Positions 23,280 to 35,417 of a DNA stretch of 64,000 nucleotides are shown piece by piece. Below the pieces are notes generated by a model that saw nothing but the letters and a program-made list of their open reading frames with translations, was not told where the DNA came from and did not search any database. How positions within the stretch are numbered: position 1 is the stretch's first letter; the number at the start of each line of letters is the position of its first letter. Origin of the DNA: Bilabrum cf. latius. Its lineage: Eukaryota. Position numbers and translations under genes: made by a program. The stretch is from contig OZ237740.1 in the NCBI GenBank assembly GCA_965178125.1, positions 1,240,001 through 1,304,000 of the forward strand, given 5' to 3'.

Positions 23280-26200
23280 TCAATTCCACGACAAGACATC
23301 GTCGATCAGGCGCTACGTCGCGAGCTGTTCATTAAGGAGAGCAGCGCGCTCGTCCGCAACTGCTGCTCTCGACTTGCCATCTGCCTCGGCATCCTAGATC
23401 GCCTGCTTCCGCTTTGCCGACTCCACCACTTCCGCATCATACCTCGCCGCCGCTATGCGAGACAGCTGCGAAGCCTTCACCCCCGATGAAACCATACGAC
23501 GCATTGTGTACCGACGACTGGTCGAATGATCCTTGGCTGGAGCTGCAGACACCTGCTGCGAGCTGCCAGGCCGCTCAACCCCTCTTCCAGCTCGATCCAA
23601 CTCGAGTACATCTCGCGTGCCACTTCCACTACCTTGCATTTGCTCCTCGAGTTTGCGAAGCCGGTCCACACCCGGTGGAGGGCTGTCAATGGTGACGTCT
23701 GCCTGGTCCGCCAGCTTGCTTTCGGTGGCGGCTTGAGCGAGAAGCAGCTGCACGCGAGCCATCTGCCACTTGGGGTCCTTGGGCTTGGCAGGCCCGGGCA
23801 TCAGCACGGGCTCCAAAGACACAGATGTTACCGTGGACCCTGGGGAGTCATAAGCACCTGTAATCCGTTGCCCTCTACTGCCACGGGCAGACCGAGCTGC
23901 CATGGAGTAGGCCTACTTGGTGGAGGCTACCGAGCCTTCAACTTCAACCGATGACCCCGTCGCGGCCGGGTCCTCCTCGCGCGTGTCGTTTGTGTGCGCA
24001 TGGCTCGCAGCAGCAGCAGCAGCAGCAGCAGCAGTATGGGCGAATTCCCTAGCGCGGGCAGACTGTCTCACCAGCATTTCAGCGGCGTGGGGCACCGGAA
24101 CATGCAGTGAGCCTGGCTCCAACGAGATCCCGGAGCTCGCCTCAAGGCCGCCCATGCTCGGTACGGCACCAGCATTAGACGGTGACTGTGGCTGGCGATT
24201 TTTAATAGGCTCTCTGGCACCGCGCCTACTTGTTCTCTTTGGCTACAGCGCCGCGGCGCGAATGCTCCGCGCCATGCTGGAAGCCGTGGCTCTGTCGATA
24301 CCTGCCGCAGCCACCATGCTTGAAGCCAACGAGTGCTCGGGTCCCGTCTCATATTTCTCAACGGAGGCGTTTCCAAGGTAGCCCTCATTGCTTAGCCGTG
24401 GCCGGGTAGCGCCTGGGCCGCCAAGTTTCTGCAGCTGTTGCTGCTGACGGTTCACTTGTCCTGAAGTCGGCGAGCCCTGGGCGTCCTGCACGCCGAATTG
24501 TGCCATCGGATGCGCCGATGCCGGAGCCTTTCTTGATGCCTTCAACTCGGCCTGGACCTATTTCGCGAGAAGCTTGGCCGCTGCAGCTGCCGGGACCCTT
24601 TTGGCCGCCGCGCGGGCCCTTGAGTTAGACAAGCTGCTCGCTTCTTGCAGAGCCCCACCGGCGCTCGTACCGCCCGCTGTCTGCTGCTCCATTGCCTTTC
24701 CTACTAGATGCTCAAGCGGGTAGGACGGCGGAGGGGAGGTGGGCCCCTCAAGAACTGCCTGTCGTAACCACTACCAAAGAGGATCCGCCAAGGTGCGACC
24801 ATTCTTGCGTTGACCCAGCAATACCGCTGGCCGAGTTTTGCCTGCCAATAATTCGTCATCATCTTCGGAATCCGAACTTTCGATGTCGTCCTCCTTGACG
24901 TGCCTGGATTCTTCTACAACCGCAGCGGCCCGCTTCTGGGCAATGTCATGCACGCGCTGCGCAGCGGGGCCTATGATTGAGGCCAGAGCTGGATGCTCTG
25001 TGATGAGCCTGTCCGCGTACTTCTGTAGCTTGGACGATATCCGACGAACGGCTTCAATTGCAAACGTGATCCGCATGTCTCGCTGGAGCTGCTCCTGTGA
25101 CGGAATTGCGCTGTCCTGAGCCTCGGGCTCAGGAGATGGCGTTTGTTCTGGCTCCCTGTCCACCTGGCTGTGCATCGTGTCATTGAGCTCATCGCAAGTG
25201 CCATCGTCACGCTGCTTGCTTGCATCCCTTTGGTTGCTCTCTTGCAACGATTCTCTAACTGCTGCACCATTCTCCGGCGCTTGGGTGCGGGAAGGCTCCG
25301 GTGGCGGGCGGTGAGGCGGTTCGGGGGCCCGGTGCGAGTGAACAGCCCCAGAACTCGTGCTGGAGCCAGAGCCTGATCCCGGCGATGATCCGCATGGACT
25401 TGAAGCCTGCTTTTCATTGCTTATCAGGACTGAGGTACTTGGTAGAACGTGAACGGACGTGGCACCGCTGGGCCCCTGTTCTGACAATACCGGCCGGCCC
25501 ACTGGTTCGGTCGTATCCGACAGCATGTCGAACGAGGCAGGCGGCACTCTAGGCTTTGGTGTTGATGGCTTGGGCTGCACAGCGGCACCTGCAGATGGAG
25601 ATGGCTCAAAGGACCACTCCCACGCTGAAGCCCCCCCACGTCCCCCTTTAGTCGCTGTGCCGCGCTCCGTTGACCTTGGCGCTGGCTGTAGTACTGCCAA
25701 CGGCTCCACCGCTGCAGATGCGCTAACCACCGAGCCAGATTCTTCGAGCTGAACTCGGGGCTTTGCGGTTAATTTGACCTCGATTGGTTGGACGACAACC
25801 GATACAACCCCAGCATGCTCTTGAGCCTAACCAATTGCTGGTCTCCTAGCTGCCTTGTCACAAGCATCCCGCTCCACTGCAGGTGGTACGATCGCAGGCT
25901 CTGAGGAGCTGGTCTAGAAATCGAGCTGCACAGGAAATCGTTGCCGAGACGGCGATTCCAAACTGGTTGTGCCAACGCCTGGCTGGGTTTCCAATGACCT
26001 CTCGCTGGGCTTGCTTGCAGTTTGCTGTAGGACTGAGGGGATGCGGCTGAAACTCGAGGCATGCAGCAGACCAGAAGACTCCAGCTCTTGGGCAGCACGC
26101 TTTACCTACGAAATCGCCGGTTCCACCGCCACTGATCTGCCAGTAACATCTGCTTGCAGCTGTCTTGGCTTGCCAGCAGGCTTCTGCGCGGGCCGCAGTG

Positions 26201-29200
26201 GCCTGACTGTCGGTCTCTTGGACTGGTGAGCAGGCGATGGCAGCGCCGAGCCGCTTGGAGATGGCACGCGCGTCTATGACATTCGACGAAAAGATTGAAG
26301 CTTAATGAGGCCCTTAGGGCCTGATGCCTCATTTCTAGTCGGAGTCTAGTCCTTCGTGTCGCGATTTCGCTTCTCAGGCGGCATCGTCATCCGGCGCAAT
26401 GACGGGAACATGGTAGCTGAGAGCTGCCCTCTCCTAACGCTCGCATTAGGATGACCAGGTCCCAAACCCTTGCTTGCCGCTGCCCTTTTGACCTCAAGTG
26501 GCATCCGATGCGTAGGCTGTGAGAGCTGCGCGGAGTCCGTGACAACTTGTACGTCGTCCTAGCTACCTAGCGAATCTGCATCAGACTCACCGCTGGGTGC
26601 CTGCTGGCGATGTCGAACCCCCTACCTGCCGACCATAGCATCCATCTTCATCGACATGCGTTTCAGAGACGGCAGCATTTGTGGCATTCTTCTGGCAAAA
26701 CTCTTGGCCTACGTAGTGTTCAGCAAACCCGATTCGCTGGGACTATCAAGCGGGCGGAGCAACTTTTGCTGAAGATCATTGCGGACAGGGTCATCCCGGG
26801 CTCCGATCTGCTCTTCGGAACGTACCTGCTGCTCCCTCTTTTGCTTTGCTCTCCACTGTTGCAGCATGGCCTTACCGCCGCCTCCAAATTTCGGTTTGCG
26901 AGTCTTGCTCGAGGCCACCCGACCCACGTTTGGCGTTTGTGCAGTCGGCTCCCTCGCTGAGAACGTCTTGCGTAGATGCTTTGGCTAGACTGCAAGCTCC
27001 TTCGGGCCTGCGATTCGAGGCAGGTCACGAATGCCGTCCTCAATGCGATCCTTGAACTCTTCTTGGTCGTCGGTGTCATCCCCGTCCTCCTCCACTGCCT
27101 CCGCCAGCGCGTGCAGCCCGCCCAGCGCACCCATGTGCACGCTGTGCCGGCCGCGCACCTTCACTGCAGCAGCGTCCTCCCCGAGTCCGGACGATGACCC
27201 TGGCTTCAGCGACCCGCGACGCAGCTGAGCATGCGCCGACACACGCGACCGCAGCTTCTGCCGCGCGTCTCCGCCCAGGCCCATGCTCTGCTGTCCGGGC
27301 TTACGCGTAGACCCGCCAGTCGGAGTGCCAGCCACGCGGGCCGAGAATGTCTTCTTCAATGTTGGCTTGCCATCAGCACCACCCACACGCCCACGCCGCA
27401 TCAACCGACCCACCCACACACCAGCCTCCTCACCATCGGACTCCCCCTCATCCCCGTCCTCCTCCACTGCCTCCGCCAGCGCGTGCAGCCCGCCCAGCGC
27501 ACCCATGTGCACGCTGTGCCGGCCGCGCACCTTCACTGCAGCAGCGTCCTCCCCGAGTCCGGACGATGACCCTGGCTTCAGCGACCCGCGACGCAGCTGA
27601 GCATGCGCCGACACACGCGACCGCAGCTTCTGCCGCGCGTCTCCGCCCAGGCCCATGCTCTGCTGTCCGGGCTTACGCGTAGACCCGCCAGTCGGAGTGC
27701 CAGCCACGCGGGCCGAGAATGTCTTCTTCAATGTTGGCTTGCCATCAGCACCACCCACACGCCCACGCCGCATCAACCGACCCACCCACACACCAGCCTC
27801 CTCACCATCGGACTCCCCCTCATCCCCGTCCTCCTCCACTGCCTCCGCCAGCGCGTGCAGCCCGCCCAGCGCACCCATGTGCACGCTGTGCCGGCCGCGC
27901 ACCTTCACTGCAGCAGCGTCCTCCCCGAGTCCGGACGATGACCCTGGCTTCAGCGACCCGCGACGCAGCTGAGCATGCGCCGACACACGCGACCGCAGCT
28001 TCTGCCGCGCGTCTCCGCCCAGGCCCATGCTCTGCTGTCCGGGCTTACGCGTAGACCCGCCAGTCGGAGTGCCAGCCACGCGGGCCGAGAATGTCTTCTT
28101 CAATGTTGGCTTGCCATCAGCACCACCCACACGCCCACGCCGCATCGACCGACCCACCCACACACCAGCCTCCTCACCATCGGACTCCCCCTCATCCCCG
28201 TCCTCCTCCACTGCCTCCGCCAGCGCGTGCAGCCCGCCCAGCGCACCCATGTGCACGCTGTGCCGGCCGCGCACCTTCACTGCAGCAGCGTCCTCCCCGA
28301 GTCCGGACGATGACCCTGGCTTCAGCGACCCGCGACGCAGCTGAGCATGCGCCGACACACGCGACCGCAGCTTCTGCCGCGCGTCTCCGCCCAGGCCCAT
28401 GCTCTGCTGTCCGGGCTTACGCGTAGACCCGCCAGTCGGAGTGCCAGCCACGCGGGCCGAGAATGTCTTCTTCAATGTTGGCTTGCCATCAGCACCACCC
28501 ACACGCCCACGCCGCATCAACCGACCCACCCACACACCAGCCTCCTCACCATCGGACTCCCCCTCATCCCCGTCCTCCTCCACTGCCTCCGCCAGCGCGT
28601 GCAGCCCGCCCAGCGCACCCATGTGCACGCTGTGCCGGCCGCGCACCTTCACTGCAGCAGCGTCCTCCCCGAGTCCGGACGATGACCCTGGCTTCAGCGA
28701 CCCGCGACGCAGCTGAGCATGCGCCGACACACGCGACCGCAGCTTCTGCCGCGCGTCTCCGCCCAGGCCCATGCTCTGCTGTCCGGGCTTACGCGTAGAC
28801 CCGCCAGTCGGAGTGCCAGCCACGCGGGCCGAGAATGTCTTCTTCAATGTTGGCTTGCCATCAGCACCACCCACACGCCCACGCCGCATCGACCGACCCA
28901 CCCACACACCAGCCTCCTCACCATCGGACTCCCCCTCATCCCCGTCCTCCTCCACTGCCTCCGCCAGCGCGTGCAGCCCGCCCAGCGCACCCATGTGCAC
29001 GCTGTGCCGGCCGCGCACCTTCACTGCAGCAGCGTCCTCCCCGAGTCCGGACGATGACCCTGGCTTCAGCGACCCGCGACGCAGCTGAGCATGCGCCGAC
29101 ACACGCGACCGCAGCTTCTGCCGCGCGTCTCCGCCCAGGCCCATGCTCTGCTGTCCGGGCTTACGCGTAGACCCGCCAGTCGGAGTGCCAGCCACGCGGG

Positions 29201-32200
29201 CCGAGAATGTCTTCTTCAATGTAGGCTTAACAGGTTTCATCTAACTATGCTCCTGAGCGGACTTTACAATAGGCTGAGGCTCCTCGGCCATGGAGAATCT
29301 GATCTTTCTCTCCCCTGGCGATTTCGCGGCCTGACTGCCTTGCAGATCTTTCAGACTTTTCCCGGGTGGTATTGGCGCTTGCTTGCGCGGAGGAGGCCGT
29401 GGCACTGACGGGGGCCCAGGTGGAATCGACTCCGCCCTCCCCGGTTGGACATCTGTATCGCTGTCCGCATTCAAGCTCTTCTCGCTAGCCCATCGCTGCA
29501 GGGGCGTCAATGGCGCCACAATACTTCTTCTACTCCGCACGAGGCCATTGATACCAGCAAGGGACTTTGATCTGGGCTTCTATTTCGCAGAGCTTCCCTC
29601 CGCAATGTGCACCGACCCAGGCTTCATGGACGCGCGACGACCAACGCTGACAGACGGACGCACGCTCGTGCTGCTGCTCGACCCCGCGCCCCCGGGCTTC
29701 GATGACGGAGACGACCCGCCCACGGGAAGCACAGGCATGTCCACCGACCCAGGCTTCATGGACGCGCGACGACCAACGCTGACAGACGGACGCACGCTCG
29801 TGCTGCTGCTCGACCCCGCGCCCCCGGGCTTCGATGACGGAGACGACCCGCCCACGGGAAGCACAGGCATGTCCACCGACCCAGGCTTCATGGACGCGCG
29901 ACGACCAACGCTGACAGACGGACGCACGCTCGTGCTGCTGCTCGACCCCGCGCCCCCGGGCTTCGATGACGGAGACGACCCGCCCACGGGAAGCACAGGC
30001 ATGTCCACCGACCCAGGCTTCATGGACGCGCGACGACCAACGCTGACAGACGGACGCACGCTCGTGCTGCTGCTCGACCCCGCGCCCCCGGGCTTCGATG
30101 ACAGAGACGACCCGCCCACGGGAAGCACAGGCATGTCCACCGACCCAGGCTTCATGGACGCGCGACGACCAACGCTGACAGACGGACGCACGCTCGTGCT
30201 GCTGCTCGACCCCGCGCCCCCGGGCTTCGATGACAGAGACGACCCGCCCACGGGAAGCACAGGCATGTCCACCGACCCAGGCTTCATGGACGCGCGACGA
30301 CCAACGCTGACAGACGGACGCACGCTCGTGCTGCTGCTCGACCCCGCGCCCCCGGGCTTCGATGACGGAGACGACCCGCCCACGGGAAGCACAGGCATGT
30401 CCACCGACCCAGGCTTCATGGACGCGCGACGACCAACGCTGACAGACGGACGCACGCTCGTGCTGCTGCTCGACCCCGCGCCCCCGGGCTTCGATGACGG
30501 AGACGACCCGCCCACGGGAAGCACAGGCATGTCCACCGACCCAGGCTTCATGGACACGAGTACCGCACTCGACACAGTTTGACTTTGCCTTTTGGGTGGG
30601 TTCACGTGTGAGATGCTGCTTCTTGGCCTTACCATGCTCTTGCGCCGTTGGGGTGGATGTGCATTTGATGTTGGTATCGCCGCGTTTGGCTTTGCAGAAG
30701 TTGGATCACATGCCTAATCAGGCTGAATTTCAGCAGAATGGTCTGCTTCAGATTCCTCGTGATACTGGGCGACTGGCCTTTGTGCTTCCTCCTGGGCGAC
30801 TGGCCCTGGTGCTGGTTCGAGATCAGACACTGCAGGGCCGTTGTCCTGGACAGCATCGTGCTGCACCGTGCTATCCCGAGACTGGTCTACGCCGATAGAA
30901 GGAGTCCCCGACGGCGCAGCGCTTCCATTTTGAGTATCTCGCTGTACTGCGTGTGCCTGCTTGTGGGTCTTTCTGCGATCCTTCTTGGGAGAGTGACCCG
31001 CTCCCCTCACACCGACTCCTTCGTCGATCAGGCGGAGCTTCGTGTTCGATCGGCCGAGCTGCCTGTCCTTCTCTTGCACCCGCCCGCGGTTCTCTGCCAC
31101 CACGAGTCGCTGCCAGAGAGCGTCGTGCTCGTCCGCAGCGGCCTCCTGGTCCTTCCTCTCCTCGTCGTCGGATATAGCAGAGAACGGCCGCTTCGCCAGA
31201 GGGGACGCGGGGGGCTGGGCATCGGGTGGAGCATCCAGGTCGAGGGGCTACCCCAACAGCGCGGCTGCTTCCATGAGGACCTGTCGAGCGCTAGTGGGCC
31301 CGGAGCTGTCACGTCCCCGCGACTCAGCCTCAGCCTCAGCCTCGCTCGCTTTTAGAGCCACCTCTCTCTCTATCTCGGCCTCGATCGATCCCGCGTCGCT
31401 CACGGCGCCACCATCGTCATTTGGGTTCGAATCCGCGCTGGCTGATCCATCAGAGTCCATGGCCAGCTGGTCCCGAGAAGAGACAGATGGCTCCGACCTG
31501 CCCTGCAGACGGTCCATGAGGCGCTGTGCCTCCAGCTGCGCCAGCCGGCGAGTCACTTCCTCCCCACTACCAGTGCCCGCCGGGGCACTAGATCCCACGG
31601 AGGACCCGGCCAGTCGACGCGACGCGTGCCTCTAGAACTTGGCCCGGGCTCGGCCCAGAGCCACGGCAACTGCGTCTGCACGTGGCTCGGCATCGCTCTG
31701 CACGGACCCGGGGCCCCGGCGCCGACCGTGTTTGCTCCTGCCCGGCAACGCCGCCCGGTCTCCGGGTAAAGATGCAGAGTCGTGATGTGGCCCGTCGCCC
31801 AAGTGTGCTGCTGGCTCTGGCTGGCTGGCAAGCACGGCAATGCCTAGCATTGTAGCGGAGGACTGCCTTGCCAGCCCAGCGTGTGCGGCATCGACTGCAG
31901 GGGACGCCTCCACGACCACATCGGCCTCTTTCCACACCAAACGCTTCTTCTTTTTCTTCTTTCTGCGTTTTCTTTTCTTCTCTGCGCCAGGCTATGAACC
32001 GCCCGTCGGATTGCCAACTGCCTCTGTGCCAGCAACCGATGAAGGGGCTTGCGTAGACGCTACACCAGCAGCCGACACGGATTGAGGGACATTCTTTGTC
32101 AAAATTCTACTTGATGACCTTCTCGAGCTTGACCTGCTTTTCTTGGAGCTTCGACTTGACCGTGAAGTTCTGCTGGTAGCTGACGTGCGGCGGCGACTCG

Positions 32201-32327
32201 TTCGCCGGCTCTCCCCGTGACCACTGAGCCCATCCTAGCTTGGTCCAGCGATGACTTTGTTTTCTTTGTCTTCTGTTGCGCTTACAGAAGCAGAATCTGC
32301 TGTCAAGATGCGATCAAGCCTGTCCAT
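23280..32327 (-). CDS. Uncharacterised about 3000-aa, largely disordered Ser/Gly/Arg/Ala-rich protein with two internal tandem arrays
   Basis: About 12 minus-strand ORF fragments (23394..23903 up to 32235..32465) share one frame, and the gaps I read contain only TAG. Stop is TGA 23280-23282 after LIDDVLSWN. Start taken at ATG 32327 (MDRLDRILTADS), uncertain. Basic NLS-like tract EKKRKRRKKKKKKR near 31940-31985. Confidence 0.75.
27077..29222 (-). repeat. Coding tandem repeat, 372-nt (124-aa) unit x about 5.8, nearly identical copies
   Basis: Identical spurious ORFs recur at 27231, 27603, 27975, 28347, 28719 and 29091 (period 372). Copies differ at essentially one site (atcaacc/atcgacc). Confidence 0.95.
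29610..30556 (-). repeat. Coding tandem repeat, 132-nt (44-aa) unit x about 7.2: SMKPGSVDMPVLPVGGSS(P/L)SSKPGGAGSSSSTSVRPSVSVGRRA
   Basis: accgacccaggcttcatggac recurs at 29611, 29743, 29875, 30007, 30139, 30271, 30403 and 30535. Confidence 0.95.
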
Positions 32328-32839
32328 AGCATGAGTCTGTTGCTGCTTCGGCTCGGGTGCCTCTTGCCAGGCTTGCGCCAAATTCCTATGCAACCTAAAC
32401 GAACCTGCAACAATAGTAGACAGAATCGATGTGGTACTGGAGGAAGAATTGCGCGGTTGGTACAAAGCACTGCGTCAATTCGATGCAAGGGATCGACTGA
32501 CTTGTTCGTCTTGCTCTCGCTCGAAGAAATGACCCCGTTCGTTGTAGGCTCGCATCCTCTGGAACCCCTACAACATCGCGGCTCGATGACATCGCCCGGA
32601 GCAATGCAGCCACTTCAATCTGTGCTTGCTTCCCGAATCAAGTCGCCGCGCAATTGAACGACTTCTTTGCGGAACCTCCCAGCTGGTCGCGAGAATCGGT
32701 CGCGTGATGCAAGATCCAAGCAATAACTTGATTGCATTCATGCGACGGATCTAAGTCAGGACAGGAGCATCTCACTCTACATACCACTTTCCCGAAAGCA
32801 ACCAGCTAGAGCGTGTTTCTGACACTCGCTGCAGGCTTG

Positions 32840-34489
32840 ATGCCTGAACCGAGGCAGTGCTAGCCAGAAGTAGACGGCAATGATCCCGAGAGCTAGCTTT
32901 ACCTACCAGAGGGCTGTTTTCAACCGGCAGTACCCTTTTGCTGCTGCGCTGCTGAGCCGCTTGGACTAACGTGGGGAATAGTGTCATTCGTGCTGGTTGA
33001 TTTCCTCACACTGCTTGCATTAGGTGTTACTAGCACGTGGCTTGCCATTGTGAGCTGCGAAAGCGAGAGAATTGGCGCAGACAGCTGGGTCGGAGCGGTT
33101 CCCGGCTGGCTGGACTGGATCCAGATCGGAGGCGGATGCCAGCTGAGCCGAAACGCTTTGGATGCTAGTCTGGGATGGCTTCTCCCATTGCTGGTGTTTT
33201 GCCTCGTGATCTCGGCAGGTATTCTTCTTTTGTGGATGGTATGCACGAGAGTAATGCGCCCCGACGCTCTCGCACGCCCATCTGTTGCATATGATATGCT
33301 GGCGTTGATGACCTCGCGCACCGAAGCAACATCATCAGCGCGAACACTGCCAAGTACAAATTGCTTTCGGAGCCCGGCTTGGGCCTTCGGGGCGAGTACC
33401 CCCTTTATCACCATGACCTACCTTGCAATAGAGGTCGCAGGCGCTGTGGCGTTGGTCGCAGTAGGGCCTATCGCACTCGCTATCAACCTTGTCTGGACGT
33501 GGGTTGTAGTGCCTGTGTTGGAGGTGCCTACCATTGCCTGGGCATATCCAGCGACAGACCTGTCAAGAATGGCTGAAGCTTTACCGGCCTTCTTTCAGCC
33601 GTTCGAGCAAGCAAAGAGCGCAGCACACCAGATGGATAACGCGACGGACCTTGCGACGGCGTTGGCGGTGGGCACGGGCACGGCAGCGGGACGTGCCTAT
33701 GCGGTATTTTCTGGTCTATCCATGGCGCACAGTGTGATATCGCACGCGGCAGGCGGCACCCGCTTTCGAGGTGACGTGACGCGAGCGGGGAGGATGGTGA
33801 GGCCGGCCATCGTCGCGCCTGAACCGATGGGTGGGGGGGATGACCATCGGGTGGCTGGGGTTGCCGGATCCAGAATTCCGGCCGCTGCTAGTGGCGGTAC
33901 TTTAGCAGCGACAGAGGAGCGCAACACACCGGCAGGACACGGCGCGTCCGTGCCGAATGGGCCAGGTGGGCAGGGACAGCACACCGCCGGGCTGGCAACA
34001 GGGAGTGCTGCGGTGCCTTCGGCTGCATCTGAATAGCGACCTTTTACGGCCGGCAGCAGTTTAGAGATAGATCGGGGCAGCAGCGCAGCGCATCAAGGCG
34101 GTCGAAATTCGCTACCTCGAGGGGGAATCAGCTCTGCTCGGGCTTTCGAGGTGCTGTTGTGGTGGAGTTGTTGGCGACTGCTGAACTCGGTAGTGGCAGA
34201 GGTGCCGCTACTAGTGCTGGACCTCTACCTCCTGAGTGTGGGAGATGTGCCCTTGGCCAAGTGGGACTCCAACCGGACGACCGTGGTGTTTATTGGATTT
34301 GTGATGAAACTGATTGCCTTTGGCTTCAGCTGTGTGACGATTGGGTGGGACACGAGACAGCTGTGCATGCTCGCTGCGATCCAGGAGCAGTTGCCGCAGA
34401 CACATCAACCGAGTCAGCAGTGGCAAAGCCAGCAGCATCATGACCAGCACTAGCACCACCAGCCTCAAGATCAATAGAAGCAGAATTGA
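32840..34489 (+). CDS. Uncharacterised multi-pass membrane protein (about 549 aa) with Gln/His-rich C-terminus
   Basis: ATG 32840 lies downstream of an in-frame TGA. ORFs 32981..34036 and 34151..34453 share its frame, joined through TAG. Several hydrophobic segments (VSFVLVDFLTLLALGV, LGWLLPLLVFCLVISAGILLLWMV, VVFIGFVMKLIAFGF). Tail QQWQSQQHHDQH[TAG]HHQPQDQ[TAG]KQN, then TGA 34487-34489. Confidence 0.72.
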
Positions 34490-34889
34490 TATAGCAGTGT
34501 GGCGGAGCAGACTGACTGGATCTGGGGCGGCGGAAACGGTACGTAATCTCTCGACTACTACCGCCGGTGCCTCGATTCGGCTGACCTGGGCGATGACTTG
34601 GGGGCATCGAAGGTTTGGGGTGTTGGACCATGATGTGCTGCTCTCCAGAATCTTGATGAGTGTGGAGCTGTGACCTCGCTTTCAAGATGCCTTTCGCTTT
34701 TCGGAGTATCTCCGCGAAGGCATGCAGTCGAGAAGGTCGGAGTGTCTCGACTCATTGCGGCCTCCTCGAGACGCGGAGGCACGCTGCATGGGACTGGTTT
34801 GCGGCCCGGTTTCACTTTTTATGCGGCTGCCTGAATCTATTGCTGTGCTATGCACGGCGGGCCGCCAAGTCAGGTTTTCGGTAATTGGC

Positions 34890-34908
34890 GGGGGGGGGGG
34901 GGGGGGGG
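34890..34908 (+). repeat. Poly-G homopolymer (19 G), intergenic
   Basis: Direct read; lies between two convergent genes. Confidence 0.9.
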
Positions 34909-35417
34909 ACGTTGGGCGAAGTGTGCGCCGCGGACCCAGGTCGGTCGGAAGAACAGGTCGCATGGGACAGGGCGCAGTGAAGAAACGTTCCAGAGGGTTT
35001 GGAAGCACATAATCTGTATATATAGCAACACAACAATCGCTTATGGTTGAACACAGCATTAATACGAATAGCACACCTTCAGCACATGGCCACGCTCAGC
35101 AATAAATTCATTCACCACCTGAAACGTCATCAGGTACTGATGCCAGCGTATACAACGAAGTTTACCAATCTCCGCCCCTATCCTGAACACAGAGAGGGTA
35201 TGCGCGTCATCGCAAAGCAATCCGTGACATTGGTCGCACCTCCCAGTTGCAACCGCCAGCCGAACTGTCGAGGCATTGCAGCGCTCCCACTCTGATATCA
35301 ACACCGAACCCCTTTCGGTGTTAGGATTAAGGCACGAACCCAGGCAGCAGCTCACTTACGCAACGGGCTCCCACAATTGAGCTAGTACAAAACAGTAGCA
35401 TAAATCACTTGCTCTTC

